Assembly: GCA_964016885.1 (NCBI GenBank)
Contig: OZ024743.1
Location: forward strand, 182,404,001 to 182,468,000
From: Eledone cirrhosa
Taxonomy: Eukaryota
Direction of reading: 5' to 3'
DNA length: 64,000 nt
Within the stretch, counting starts at the first letter, position 1; the number at the start of each line of letters is the position of its first letter. Of the stretch, positions 52,759-64,000 are shown in pieces. The notes beneath the pieces are model-generated. The model did not search any database. It had not been told where the DNA came from and worked only from the letters and a program-made list of their open reading frames with translations. A program made the position numbers and the translations under genes.

Positions 52759-53685
52759 GTGGGAAAGTAAGAAATCGGAGAATAGACCGTTAAAACGTGT
52801 TTATTTAAAACAGCACCTACGTACGTTTCGCCCAGTTGGGCTTCTCAAGGGCATAAATAATCAAAAGTGTTTCTTACATTGCTCGGAAAGAGTTTTTTGG
52901 GTTAAATCCTCGTCAAGGTTCATTGCTCGCAAAAATAGCTTGTTTTGATTTTGCAGTAGGTCAAGGGAGGTAACTCTGGCCAGTGTTAAGGCAGTCTTTC
53001 CCAGACAAATTTTTTTTTATCTGCTACGAGATGAGGTTACAACCTTACCATTGTCGATACGCATGTAATCAACGCTTATTTTGAGAGTTTTTTTTGCCGC
53101 ATCTGTTTGTCTGGTATGCAAGGATTGTTTCCTGGGTGTTATTTTGTAGCGCCTGCCCGCCGGGGTGTTAAGACTTGTTGCAGGGAGATCCGGTGCACGG
53201 TTTCACTCCTCATCCTTAACCCATCTGAAGAAGGATATTTTTAAGCGATGTGTACAACCTATCGCTGTTTCAGCTCTGCTGTTGATGAGCTCGTGGGGTG
53301 CAGTTATGATGTGGTAGAGCTCCATGAGGCAAAGATCACATTTCCTCTTGAAATTGTACGGTGCAGCCCTGCCGACAATCTCCCAGTGCGTGGAGAAGCT
53401 GATGTCCTGATGATTACTTATGCCCTTGAGAAGCCCAACTGGGCGAAACGTACGTAGGTGCTGTTTTAAATAAACATGTTTTAACGGTCTATTCTCTGAT
53501 TTCATACTTTCCCACGTGCTTACGCTCTGCTAACTCTCTAGCCCACTAAACATTAACACTTCGAATATTTAATACTGCCGGCACTAGTATCGAGCACCTT
53601 TGGCATACGCTACTTGGCAAATAACTATATGTATCACCTATCCTCCCCCTTTTTTTTTCTCTCTTTCGATACGTAAATACTGTAT
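52759..53685 (-). mobile_element. Penelope-like element PLE-4 3' remnant with inverted pLTR
   Basis: Minus ORF part HWEIVGRAAPYNFKRKCDLCLMELYHI..INSRAE..CTHR; 52759-52862 is inverted to 53412-53515. Confidence 0.85.
53421..53461 (+). ncRNA. Minimal type I hammerhead, U3-A8 core variant (mirror copy 52813-52853 minus)
   Basis: GCCC-TTGAGAA-GCCC aact GGGC-GAAA-CGTACG-TA-GG(T)GC; stem III is the palindrome ACGTACGT. Confidence 0.72.
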
Positions 53686-53760
53686 ATTATATATATATAT
53701 ATTATATATATATATATATTATATATATATATATATATTATATATATATATATATTATAT

Positions 53761-56563
53761 AGGAGTGTGATGATCGGGAGGAAGAGCCAGCTCATCACTA
53801 CATCGGCAGTGAAGAACACAACAAATGCTGCAGTAGGAGGAGTGGGTTTTGTGTTCAGTGCAAAAACCAATCTGTTGGTGAGGGAAATAATGCCTATCTC
53901 CCCGCGAGTGTTGAGGGTGACCTTCAATGGAAACCCAAGACTGACAGTCATCTCAGCCTATAGTCCAACCGAGGGGGACAGTGATGTGAATGCAGAGGAG
54001 TTCCATGAGGAGGTGTGTAGAGCTGTCAACACCACTCAGGCACACAATATCCTGCTTGTTTTGGGGGACTTCAATGCACATCTGAGTAAGGAGGGCAGTG
54101 AAGATCCTTGCTGGTACTTCCATAACAACACCAACCGAAATGGAAGACTACTGAGAGACACCCTGCTGGAGGCGAACTTGATGGCGACCAACCTAAGGTT
54201 TAGGAAGAATCTGGGGAAGATGTGGACCTACATCTCAGATATGCACCTGTCCAAGTCCCAGATTGATTTCATTCTGGTGAGGAAAAGGTGGCGGAATAGT
54301 GTTCTGAACACGGAACCATACAGCTATTTCAGTACACTGGGTAGTGACCACCGGCTTGTTATGAGTGAGGTCCGCGTGAGCTTAAGAAAGAGCAAGGCTC
54401 AGCCCCGGAGAACAATCTATGACTGGGGAGCTTTCAAGGAAGATGATAAGCTACAGGAGAGGTTCACAGTGGAAGTGAGAAACAGGTTTAGTGCTCTGTG
54501 TGGAGAGTCAGAGGAGAGAGAGATTGGATGGACTGAGGAGAGTGTGACGAGGAGGTACGGGCACTTCACCAATGCAGTGGCGGAAGCAAGTGAAACCCTG
54601 GTGCCGAGGAAAAAGAACAAAGGGAAGCACGTCAGCTCTGCAAACCCAAAAGTGTGTGCAGCCAGAGGACACCTGAAAGCTGCCAGGGACCAATTCTATG
54701 CTGATCCTATGGAGGAGAGGATGGAGACTGTGGAGGTGATGAGGGAAGAGCTCTGTACTGCTTACACTGAGGTCAGAGAGGAGGCTCTGATAGAGAAGAT
54801 CAGAAGTGTGGAGAGAGCGGTTGACAGATCTGGATGTAAGGAGAGCTGGATGATCATCAACGAGATCACAGGGGGGAAGAGAAGGTGTTCGAATCAGATC
54901 CAGGGAACGGGGCCCGAAGATAGGAAGAGGAAATGGCTAGACCATTTTAGGACCCTACTAGGAGAGCCACCCTCCACAGCCCAGAGCACTGGGGAGATCA
55001 GGCGGCTGTTTGAGGAACTGGATGTTGAGACAGAGCCCTTCACCAGAGAGGATCTTCAGAGAGCCAAGAAGAAGATCAAGGAGGGCAAGGCTCATGGAGA
55101 AGATGGAGTGGCATCAGAGGTGATGAAGAGGTGTGATTTTGATGATATCATCCTGGGGTTCTGTAACGGGGCACTGGAGAAAGGAGTTGCCCCGAATCAG
55201 TGGAGGATCAGTAACATCGTCCCAGTGCCAAAGAAGGGAGATCTCTCTAACACCAACAACTACCGGGGGATCTCACTGATGTCACTTGTGGCAAAGACCC
55301 TCAACAGGATGATTTTTAACAGGATCCAGCCTGAGATGGAGAAGAAGCTCAGGGACAACCAGAACGGCTTCAGAGAGGGTAGATCAACCACCAGTCACAT
55401 CCTGATGCTGAGGAGGATATTAGAGGGAGCTAGAGCAAAGTGCCTTCCTGCGGTCATGGTTTTCATTGACTTTAGGAAGGCCTTTGATTCTGTGGACCGT
55501 TACTGCCTGATGAAGATCTTACAGGCTTATGGAATCCCCAAGAAGATAGTGGACCTGATATCACTGCTCTACACCAACACCAAAGCCCAAGTCATTACAC
55601 CTGATGGGATGACAGAGTTCTTTGAGATACTGGCTGGAGTGCTCCAGGGAGATACATTGGCTCCCTACCTTTTTATCATCGTAGTGGACTATTGTATGCG
55701 CCTTGCACTGGAGAAACACCAGGACTCTGGCTTTACTGTAGCACCGGCTCAGAGCAGGAGAGTTAGGGCGAAAAAGGTATCGGATGCTGAATTTGCCGAC
55801 GACATAGTTTTGGTGACAAATACAGTGAAGGAGGCAGAGGATTTGATGCGGGAGGTGGAGACTGTGTCGATGAGTGTGGGGCTGAGAATGAATGAGACTA
55901 AAACAAAATATCTGGTAGAGAATGTTGAGAAGCCAGAGGGGATCACTAATGTAGGCGGGAAGCCGCTGGAATTGGTTGAGGACTTCCTGTATTTGGGAGC
56001 AAAGATTGGGAATACGGAAGATGATGTGGTTGAGAGGAAGAGCAAGGCCTGGGCGGCGTGCCACAGCTTGAGATCGGTGTGGAAGTCGGACCTTCGTAGA
56101 GACCTGAAAATCCGCCTCTTCATTGCTGTAGTGGAGTCTGTGCTGCTGTATGGGTCTGAGACTTGGACACTGACCAAGAAACTCACTCAGATGGTGGATG
56201 GGTGCTACACGAGAATGCTGAGGATGGCTCTGAACATTAATCAGTATACACTGAGGATGGGGGACTCAGAGCTGTATGGGAGCATCCCAAAGGTCAGCTC
56301 AAAAGTGACACAGAGGAGACTGAGGTTGGCTGGACATGCTCGCCGGCATCCAGGGTTGACATTGCGCTCAGTGCTCCTTTGGGAGCCCCTGCATGGACAC
56401 ACTGGAGGAGGAAGACCAAGGTTAACATATGTTGATGCCCTAAGGACAGACACTGGTCTGTTGGAGATGCAGGATATGGCAGCGATAATGATGGACAGAG
56501 ACCGCTGGAGAGAACTCGTCCATGGATCTCGGGAATTTTACCCGCCTTAGATAGATAGATAGA
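53761..56563 (+). mobile_element. RTE LINE family C, young 5'-truncated insertion in (TA)n
   Basis: Uninterrupted ORF, essentially no 3' UTR, (AGAT)n tail, (TA)n on both sides. Confidence 0.95.
53767..56550 (+). CDS. APE endonuclease-reverse transcriptase (N-terminally truncated, open)
   Basis: 927-aa ORF: GGVGF, NGNP..SAYSPT, GDFNAH, SDHRLV, FIDFRKAFD, QGDTLAP, FADD, FLYLG, LRLAGH. Confidence 0.92.
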   Translation: MMIGRKSQLITTSAVKNTTNAAVGGVGFVFSAKTNLLVREIMPISPRVLRVTFNGNPRLTVISAYSPTEGDSDVNAEEFHEEVCRAVNTTQAHNILLVLGDFNAHLSKEGSEDPCWYFHNNTNRNGRLLRDTLLEANLMATNLRFRKNLGKMWTYISDMHLSKSQIDFILVRKRWRNSVLNTEPYSYFSTLGSDHRLVMSEVRVSLRKSKAQPRRTIYDWGAFKEDDKLQERFTVEVRNRFSALCGESEEREIGWTEESVTRRYGHFTNAVAEASETLVPRKKNKGKHVSSANPKVCAARGHLKAARDQFYADPMEERMETVEVMREELCTAYTEVREEALIEKIRSVERAVDRSGCKESWMIINEITGGKRRCSNQIQGTGPEDRKRKWLDHFRTLLGEPPSTAQSTGEIRRLFEELDVETEPFTREDLQRAKKKIKEGKAHGEDGVASEVMKRCDFDDIILGFCNGALEKGVAPNQWRISNIVPVPKKGDLSNTNNYRGISLMSLVAKTLNRMIFNRIQPEMEKKLRDNQNGFREGRSTTSHILMLRRILEGARAKCLPAVMVFIDFRKAFDSVDRYCLMKILQAYGIPKKIVDLISLLYTNTKAQVITPDGMTEFFEILAGVLQGDTLAPYLFIIVVDYCMRLALEKHQDSGFTVAPAQSRRVRAKKVSDAEFADDIVLVTNTVKEAEDLMREVETVSMSVGLRMNETKTKYLVENVEKPEGITNVGGKPLELVEDFLYLGAKIGNTEDDVVERKSKAWAACHSLRSVWKSDLRRDLKIRLFIAVVESVLLYGSETWTLTKKLTQMVDGCYTRMLRMALNINQYTLRMGDSELYGSIPKVSSKVTQRRLRLAGHARRHPGLTLRSVLLWEPLHGHTGGGRPRLTYVDALRTDTGLLEMQDMAAIMMDRDRWRELVHGSREFYPP

Positions 56564-57146
56564 TTATATATTATATATATATTATATATTATATATATTA
56601 TATATTATATATATTATATATTATATATATTATATATATATATATTATATATTATATATATTATATATATATATATTATATGTTATATATATTATATGTT
56701 ATATATATTATATATATATATATTATATATATTATATATATTATATATATGTTATATATATTATATGTTATATATATTATATATATATATATTATATATA
56801 TATTATATATATATATATTATATATATATATATTATATATATATATATTATATATATATTATATATATATATATTATATATATATTATATATATATATAT
56901 TATATATATATTTATATATATATATATATTATATATATATATATTATATATATATTTATATATATATATATTATATATATATATATTATATATATATATA
57001 TTATATATATATTTATATGTATATATATTATATATATATATTATATTTATATGTATATATATTATATTTATATATATTATATATATATATATTATATTTA
57101 TATGTATATATATTATATTTATATATATTATATATATATATATATA
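56564..57146. repeat. Interrupted (TA)n tract
   Basis: Mostly A/T with occasional G. Confidence 0.95.
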
Positions 57147-57605
57147 GTTATATTTGGGGATGGTCATGTTGCCAATAGAAAGAAACACACGCATCATATA
57201 ATTTTCGCTTCATCTTTATTATTTGTTATTCATTTGTTTATCAAAGTTCTTTTGTCACACATTTTGTGACCTCCTCAATGACTATCTGTTTTGTGCCTCC
57301 TCTTTTTCCTGGTCTTAAACTTCTACTCCATCTTGTCCTTGTATTGTGGTGTATTTTTCGTGTTTTGTGTGTGTATGTGTGTATTTGTGTTTTATATGTG
57401 TGGGTTTGTATCGTTTGCTGTCATTAAGTTGCAGGTTGTTACTTGAAATTTATCTGAGTGGTGTGTCAGTTCTCTGTGTGAATAGGATCTTTCTTTCTAT
57501 ATTATCTATTGAGACCGTGTTCTAGTTTGGCATGTTGGTATAGCACTGATGAACTTTTCTCCTCCTTAAGTTCTTGCCAGTGTTCCTTTAATCTTTGTCC
57601 TATAC
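57147..57605 (-). mobile_element. PLE-type 3' end: GIY-YIG-like remnant, pLTR and decayed hammerhead
   Basis: Minus strand IGQRLKEHWQELKEEKSSSVLYQHAKLEHG, then agtca-ttgagga-ggtcac aaaatgt gtgac-aaaa-gaac-tt-tgat, then a terminus tgcgtgtgtttct..tattggcaacatgacc shared with 34110-34155. Confidence 0.7.
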
Positions 57606-57792
57606 TGGTTCAAATCCTACTTCTGATGTTTTTAGCATCTCAGCAACTATCTCTGATGGTTCTGAAGCTTTACCATTCTTTAACCCTATAATTGCCAACT
57701 TCAATAGCTCGTCCTTTTGTTGGGTATGTTAGGGGTAGTTTCTCTTCCTCTCATCCATTCTCTACTTTCATCAATCTCTCATAGTAACATTT
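57606..57792 (-). pseudogene. RTE family-B-like fragment
   Basis: KCYYERLMKVEN..EKLPLTYPTKGRAIEVGNYRV..NGKASEPSEIVAEMLKTS, most similar to 32130-32330. Confidence 0.8.
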
Positions 57793-58105
57793 CCCTTTGT
57801 ATAAGACACCGCCTGGTTTTACAAAGACATTTTGAGAAAAGAATTGTAGTACATTTCTTCATATTTTATTGTTCAACATCTTCACATCAGTAATTGCAGA
57901 ACAACTAAACTGAACTCAACTGTTATTAATACATGCAGACAAAGCACATTCCATTATATCAGCTATATCTTGTGTAGGTTAGGTTTGCTACAAAGGAAGG
58001 AGGTACCCTAAAATTTTCTGAACTTTGTCAATTTACAGTCGTAAGTCCAGCCATTATTTACTTCTTCAGAAACTCTTATATAAGCTTGACATCATTTTAC
58101 TTATA

Positions 58106-58277
58106 TAAATTGTATTATATTACTGTATTAGTAATACTAACAGCAATACTGAATAAATTGTATTGTATTACTGTATTAGTAATACTATAAATACAAACTA
58201 AATAGTAACACAAACTAAATTGTATTGTATTACTATATTAGTAATATAAACTAAATTTTATTGTATTACTATATTAG
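58106..58277. repeat. Degenerate AT-rich tandem repeat (4 units)
   Basis: aaattgtattgtattact(g/a)tattagtaatac recurs. Confidence 0.7.
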
Positions 58278-58422
58278 ACTTGTGCCTCGGAGGGGAACTT
58301 TCTTGGTTCAAATCCCATAAACGAAGGGGATATTTACTATACCTGGTGATATGCGGTAATACAGAAGACCTGACTTCCCATGAGCACAAGCTGAAGCATA
58401 TGTACAGTATGCCCCCCTTTCC

Positions 58423-59222
58423 CCCAGCCCACACTGTAAAGAGGACATGTAAAAGACACGGAAAAAAGCACCCCGCCCACACTGTAAAGTGGACTTGTAA
58501 AAGAAACAGCAAAAAGTACCCAGCCCACACTGTAAAGTGGACATGTAAAAGACACGGCAAAAAGCACCCAGCCCACACTGTAAAATAGAAGTGTAAAAGA
58601 CACGGCAAAAAGTACCCAGCCCACACTGTAAAGTGGACTTGTAAAAGACACAGCAAAAAGTACCCAGCCCACACTGTAAAGTGGACATGTAAAAGACACG
58701 GCAAAAAGCACCCAGCCCACACTGTAAAGTGGACATGTAAAAGACACGGCAAAAAGCACCCAGCCCACACTGTAAAATAGAAGTGTAAAAGACACAGCAA
58801 AAAGTACCCAGCCCACACTGTAAAGTGGACGTGTAAGAAACATGGCAAAAAGCACCCAGCCCACACTGTAAAGTAGACGTGTAAAAGACATGACAAAAAG
58901 TACCCAGCTCACACTGTAAAGTGGACATGTAAGAGAGATGGCAAAAAGAACCCAGCCCACACTGTAAAGTGGATGTGTAAAAGACACAGCAAAAAGCACC
59001 TAACCCACACTGTAAAGTGGATGCGTAAAATACACGGCAAAAAGCACCCAGCCCACACTGTGAATGTGGTTGGCATTAGGAAGGGCATCTAGCCATAGAC
59101 AACCAGCCAGAAACACCCCTATTTGAGTGAAACACGGTCACCCGACACAACTTGCCTTAAAATAGGACCTGTCTAATCCATGCTAGCGTGAAAGATCGAT
59201 GTTAATCGATGATGATGATGAT
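58423..59222 (+). repeat. 48-bp tandem array (~13 units) followed by RTE/SINE module tail and (GAT)n
   Basis: Unit cccagcccacactgtaaagtggacatgtaaaagacacggcaaaaagca; continues ggttggcattaggaagggcatc..ccatgctagcgtg..gatgatgatg. Confidence 0.92.
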
Positions 59223-59394
59223 CTTGATATATATTGCATGTTTTGTTGAGTTGCCAGTCAAAGAAGCAGATTGATAATGAATCAGGTCCATAACTTCTAT
59301 GGGTGGCCCTGATCCAATCCTCTGAAACTTGCATAACAGGTTGATACACAAAAAAAAGAAAATAAATGTAAATGAAACTTCATGCTTTTTTAAA

Positions 59395-59427
<33 letters not shown>

Positions 59428-59836
59428 CTTTCCCATATATACATATACCTCACTTGTATACATATATTTATGTATGTTTGTGTGACTTGTGTGAATTAGA
59501 AAGTTCTTGATGCTTCTTGTATTTTCTTTTAGTTTCTTGTCTGCCATTTTATGTTTTGATATTTGTTGTTGTTAATGTAGTTAATGGAGTTGTTGTTGTT
59601 AATGGAGTTGTTAATGTAGTTGATGTTGTTGTTGTAGTTAATCAGAAGAGCAAAGCAACACATTGGTCAACTTAAAATGTCACCAGTAACAATAATAATA
59701 AACTTCCTCCAAATTCTTATCAATCGGAAGCCATAATTTTTATTTTCTTCATTGTCTTCCATATTAATATCCTGCCTCGTTCAGTTTATCCTCACTTAGA
59801 TGTTTTCTTAATACATTCCAGTCATCATTCACTTTG

Positions 59837-59876
<40 letters not shown>

Positions 59877-60389
59877 CATCGTCATTTTTATGTCTGTTTT
59901 TCCACTGTTGCATGGGTTAGACAGGTCCTTCTCAGCACAACATCTCTCCACTCATCACATTCCTTTGTCATCTCTGTAAGTCTCAGTGATTTAAATAAAT
60001 ATAAAATACAAAAACCCATGAAATATAAAAGGTATAACAATAAATGCAATGCCTCCTTCGTAATGTCTTTATTTATAAGCTTTCCCTTCTTTTAAAATAA
60101 ATTTGCTGAAGAAGAAGGGGCTTTGATATTTCATAATGATATTATCATCATTATTTTTACGTCTGTTTTTTTCACACTTTTGTGGGCTGGTCAATGACAA
60201 AAATAAGACTGAGATATTCTTCCTTTCTCGAGAGAGCGAGAGAGCCTGCACATTGCATTTTGCATGTGGAAAGAGAAGTTCATGTACCTCAGGACCATGT
60301 TCAGGTGTGATGGAAGGTAGAAGGATGAATTAATTGCTGGAATTGGTGCAGTAATTTTCCAACTTCAGCATTCAGTAATCAGAAGGGGA

Positions 60390-60560
60390 GTAGGCATAAA
60401 AGCCTCTCTTTCTTCAATTCAGTATTAGTTCCAACCCTTACCTATGGTCATAAATCTTGGGTAATGACCGAAAGAATACAATCGTGAACACAAGCGGCCA
60501 AAATGGGGTTCCTCCGAAGCATCTTTGAAGTAACATTACTTGATAGTGTGTAGCTCAGAG
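60390..60560 (+). pseudogene. Decayed fragment of another RTE-clade LINE
   Basis: FNSVLVPTLTYGHKSWVMTERIQS*TQAAKMGFLR, an RTE C-terminal motif. Confidence 0.6.
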
Positions 60561-60912
60561 AGCAGGCTGTTTCATTGATCAAACAACTGGAACACTTCTT
60601 CACCTCCTCCTCTCCCGCCACCACGATTATTTAACGTCCCCATTCCCATACATACATTTGTAATACTGATCCTATATGTCAATGAAATTATTACAGTAAA
60701 CAAGTCTTCCTGAGACCAGATAAAAGATAAAAGGTGGCTCCATCAGGAATTAAATGTAAAAACATCCCCAGATGGTTGAAATTAAGTTGTGTAAAGTATT
60801 TAGTTTGTCTCTCTTCTTCTGTTTAGAAATATCTTATAGAAATGGCTTCTAAGTCCTTCTATAAATTATAGAAATGGCTTCTAAGCCCTTCTATAAATAA
60901 CTTATAGAAATT

Positions 60913-63548
60913 ATCATCATCATCATCGTTTAATGTCTATCTTCCACGCTAGCATGGTTTTAGACAGGAATTGTCCCACTTGAGGCAAGATTGGTTGTCT
61001 TGCTCATATAGGACTGTCTGGCAGGTTTTCTACGGCTGGATGCCTTTCCTAACACCAACCACGTTTACAGTGTGGACTGGGAGGTTTTTACCGTGTTACC
61101 TACATGGACACATTACAGCGTGGACTGTGTGTTTTTTTTTGTCGTGACACCTACATGACCTCATTTATTTAGGACTGGATGTCATGGTACCAACATAACT
61201 TTACCGAGAAAGGGATGGTGTTGATGGGGGTGTATTTTTGGTTAAGAGGTGCTTACTGACTGTAGGTTTCGCTTTGTACTTAGGCAAGGTGGGTCTTCTA
61301 TATTACTGCGTAGTGCCAAAGATCTCAGTCCAGTGACATTGTCTTGAAGAGATGTGTGTAAGGTCGGAATTTATCAAATCGTCCCAGGTTTTTCTGGGTC
61401 TGCCTACTCTGTAGCTTCCGTCAATTTTGATCGCCCTGCACTTTTTTATACAGCTGTCGTCTTTCATGCGTATCACGTAACCATACTAACGTAGTCTTCT
61501 CTCAAGTAAACAGCATCTGATCCCTCTTATTCCTAATTTCTCACTTAGTTCATTTATGCTTTGCCGTTCACGTAATGCATGCTTCGTTCCTTTCCAGTCT
61601 GCGCAGGTCCTCTGCATGCAATGCCCATGTCTCACTGCCATGTAGCATTGCTGTTCGTATACAGGCATCATACAATCTGCCTTTCATTTTTAGAGAGAAA
61701 CCTTTTGTGGCCAACAGCAGTATAAGCTCTCTGAATTTTTCCATCCCGTTCTGACTCTGGCTACTGTACTTTCAGAACACCCTCCACCACTGCTGATTTC
61801 GCCACCCAGGTAACGGAAAGTGTCTACTATTTCTCTAGAACTATCTGGGCAATAGAAGGAGCTAGTATCCTGTGGACACTTGCTACTTATTGCACCTGAG
61901 CATCGGCCACATATAAAGTCTACGTTCTTAGATAGTTTACCTGTGATCCCACTACATCTTTTATGTACCCATACTTTGCATTTGGGACATAAAATGGAAT
62001 TTCTGCCTACTCCTTTCCTACACACTGAGCATGGCCATTTCCCTGAGGGCACCTGTGCCCTATTTTCCTTTCTACAAACTAGAACTTTAGTCTTAGACAG
62101 GTTAATTTTAAGGCCTTTTGATTCTAGGCCATGTTTCCATGTTTGGAATTTCTTCTCTAGTTCAGCCATTGATTCAGTTAGATCATCTGCATATAGGAGT
62201 TCCCATGGGCAGCCGGTCTTGAACTCCTCTGTTATAGCCTGAAGGGCAATAATAAATAGGAGGGTGCTAAGGACAGAGCCTTGATGAACACCAACTTTTA
62301 CGCTAAATTCTTCACTATATTCGTTGTTAATTCTAACCTTGCTGACTGTTTCTTTATACATGGTTTGTATAGCTCTCACAAGCCATTCATCAACACCTAG
62401 TTTTCTAAGAGCCCACCAGATAATAGAGTGGGGGACTCTGTCAAAGGCTTTCTCCAAGTCAACAAATGCTAAGTATAGGTGTTTACTTTTAGTTAGGTAC
62501 TTCTCCTGTAGTTGTTGTAAAAGGAAAAGAGCGTCTGTGGTACTTTTACCTGACACAAAACCAAACTGCATTTCATCTAGATCAATTCGATCCCTGATTA
62601 GTTGCGCTATAACTCTTTCTGTGACCTTCTTGACCTGGTCAATTAATTTAATGCCTCTATAGTTTCCCCTTTCTAGGGAATCACCTTTACCCTTGTATCA
62701 GTTAATGATGATGCTGCTACGTCAGTCATTTGGTATGACCCCATTCTGTATGACTTGGTTTACTATCCGGGTGACCATAGTGTGTCCCACCGATCCAGAT
62801 GCTTTCAGCATTTCAGCAACTATCTCCGAAGGCCCAGCTGCTTTGCCTGTCTTCATATCTTTGATTGCCTTACTTATTATACTACCTTCAACTTGCACCG
62901 CTGGTCCCTCTATTGGATTGATTTGGGGCAGACTATCTTTTTCCCATTTATTCTCCTCATTTAGTAGCCTCTTGTAGTGACACTTCCAAGCTACCTTCTT
63001 ATCAGTATCAGTGATGGCAAGTATACCATCATCATTATGGACACACTTCTCCCCGACAGTATCATGGTTTTCCTTGACACATTGTCTAGCAATCCTGAAC
63101 ACCTCACGTTTTTGGTCCTCGCATTTTAGAACATGCTTGAACTTTCTTTCCTCTGCTTCTCTTCTTGCAAAGTACACTTGTCTGCTAGCTTCCCTCCTGG
63201 CCACTTGATAGTGTTCTGTACTTCTCCCATCCCGCCATACTTTCCAAGCTTGCTTTTTGGCCTTGATTGACTCTTCTACCCTACTGTTCCACCACCATGT
63301 TACTCTCCTCCTGCCTATAGGTCTGCTCCAGCCACAGATTTTATCTGTCGCCTTCAGCAGGTTAACTTTCAGGAATTCCCACTGTTCCTCTATGCTGTAC
63401 GTCTCTAATTGCTCTTCCTTACTGTGAAAAGCATCAAGTAATATGCTTTTAAATTTGTTACTGGCTGTGGAGTCCTTTAATTTCCATATTCTTCTTCTCA
63501 GGGTAGTCCTCCTCTGTTGTTGAGTACGTCTCATCCTGACTATGAGGT
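60913..63548 (-). mobile_element. RTE LINE family A, 5'-truncated, inserted in a ~30-36-bp minisatellite
   Basis: ORFs 62722-63534 and 61690-62571, 3' UTR and (ATC)n. Units of ttatagaaatggcttctaagtccttcta lie on both sides (60825-60910 and 63550-63648). Confidence 0.93.
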
Positions 63549-64000
63549 ATGGCTTTTATAAATAAGTTATAGAAATGGCTTCTAAGTCCTTCTACAAATA
63601 AGTTATAGATGACTACTAGGCCCTATAAATAAGTTATAGAAATGACTTAATATGGCCTTATTATATTATATGTAACTTAATGTGGCCTTTCAACATGAAA
63701 AGGTTCCCCATCTCTGCAATAGACTATGAAAAAAACAAAGTATATTCAGAATCACATTCAGCTTCTTGGGACCATGAAGTAACAACAACAAAATACAATT
63801 GGTAAGATAGTGGATCATAGGAGGTCTTTTGAAGTCTTGGCTGAAGTTTATTTCTATGGCGGCAATGTATTTGTTTTGCAAGGATTTTTTTTATATGAAA
63901 TCGTGAGTTGAAACAGATATTATTATATTTGGGAAGGGTCATGTTATCCTAATATTGCCAAAAATAATTATATAACACACTCACTGTTTGGTTTAGTTTT

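Noticed and set aside
54417-56453. Antisense ORFs over LINE coding regions (also in families A and B)
   Set aside because: Shadow frames of the retroelement ORFs with no independent motifs.
58258-59062. CRISPR array or repeat-protein ORFs
   Set aside because: Plain 48-bp tandem repeat without spacers, attached to a retroposon tail.

Overview
AT-rich animal genomic DNA. The repeat spectrum (tRNA-SINEs, RTE LINEs with (GAT)n tails, multi-kb (TA)n tracts) suggests a cephalopod such as an octopus; this is inference. The only host coding sequence I can support is two + strand exons of inositol-tetrakisphosphate 1-kinase (ITPK1): a 25-nt micro-exon at 4800-4824 and a 126-nt exon at 13507-13632. 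Everything else appears intronic, with no further exon recognised in the last ~50 kb. The introns are filled with retroelements. There are three RTE-clade LINE families: two carry a PHD-type zinc finger inside the RT, and one has a young, uninterrupted 927-aa ORF. At least six Penelope-like element (PLE) families carry hammerhead ribozymes (HHRs) with different core variants, and most are fold-back insertions in (TA)n. Also present are tRNA-SINEs, a Helitron, TTAA MITEs and minisatellites. Best leads: (1) a repeated RTE-to-PLE/HHR junction suggesting a chimeric element; (2) a head-to-tail array of a ~600-bp non-coding retroposon whose (TA)n spacers show one-strand A-to-G conversion, possibly ADAR-edited tails; (3) the non-canonical HHR set; (4) a pseudoknot-like module shared by LINE UTRs and amplified into 48-bp arrays. 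All calls come from reading the sequence by eye; boundaries are approximate and no searches were run.
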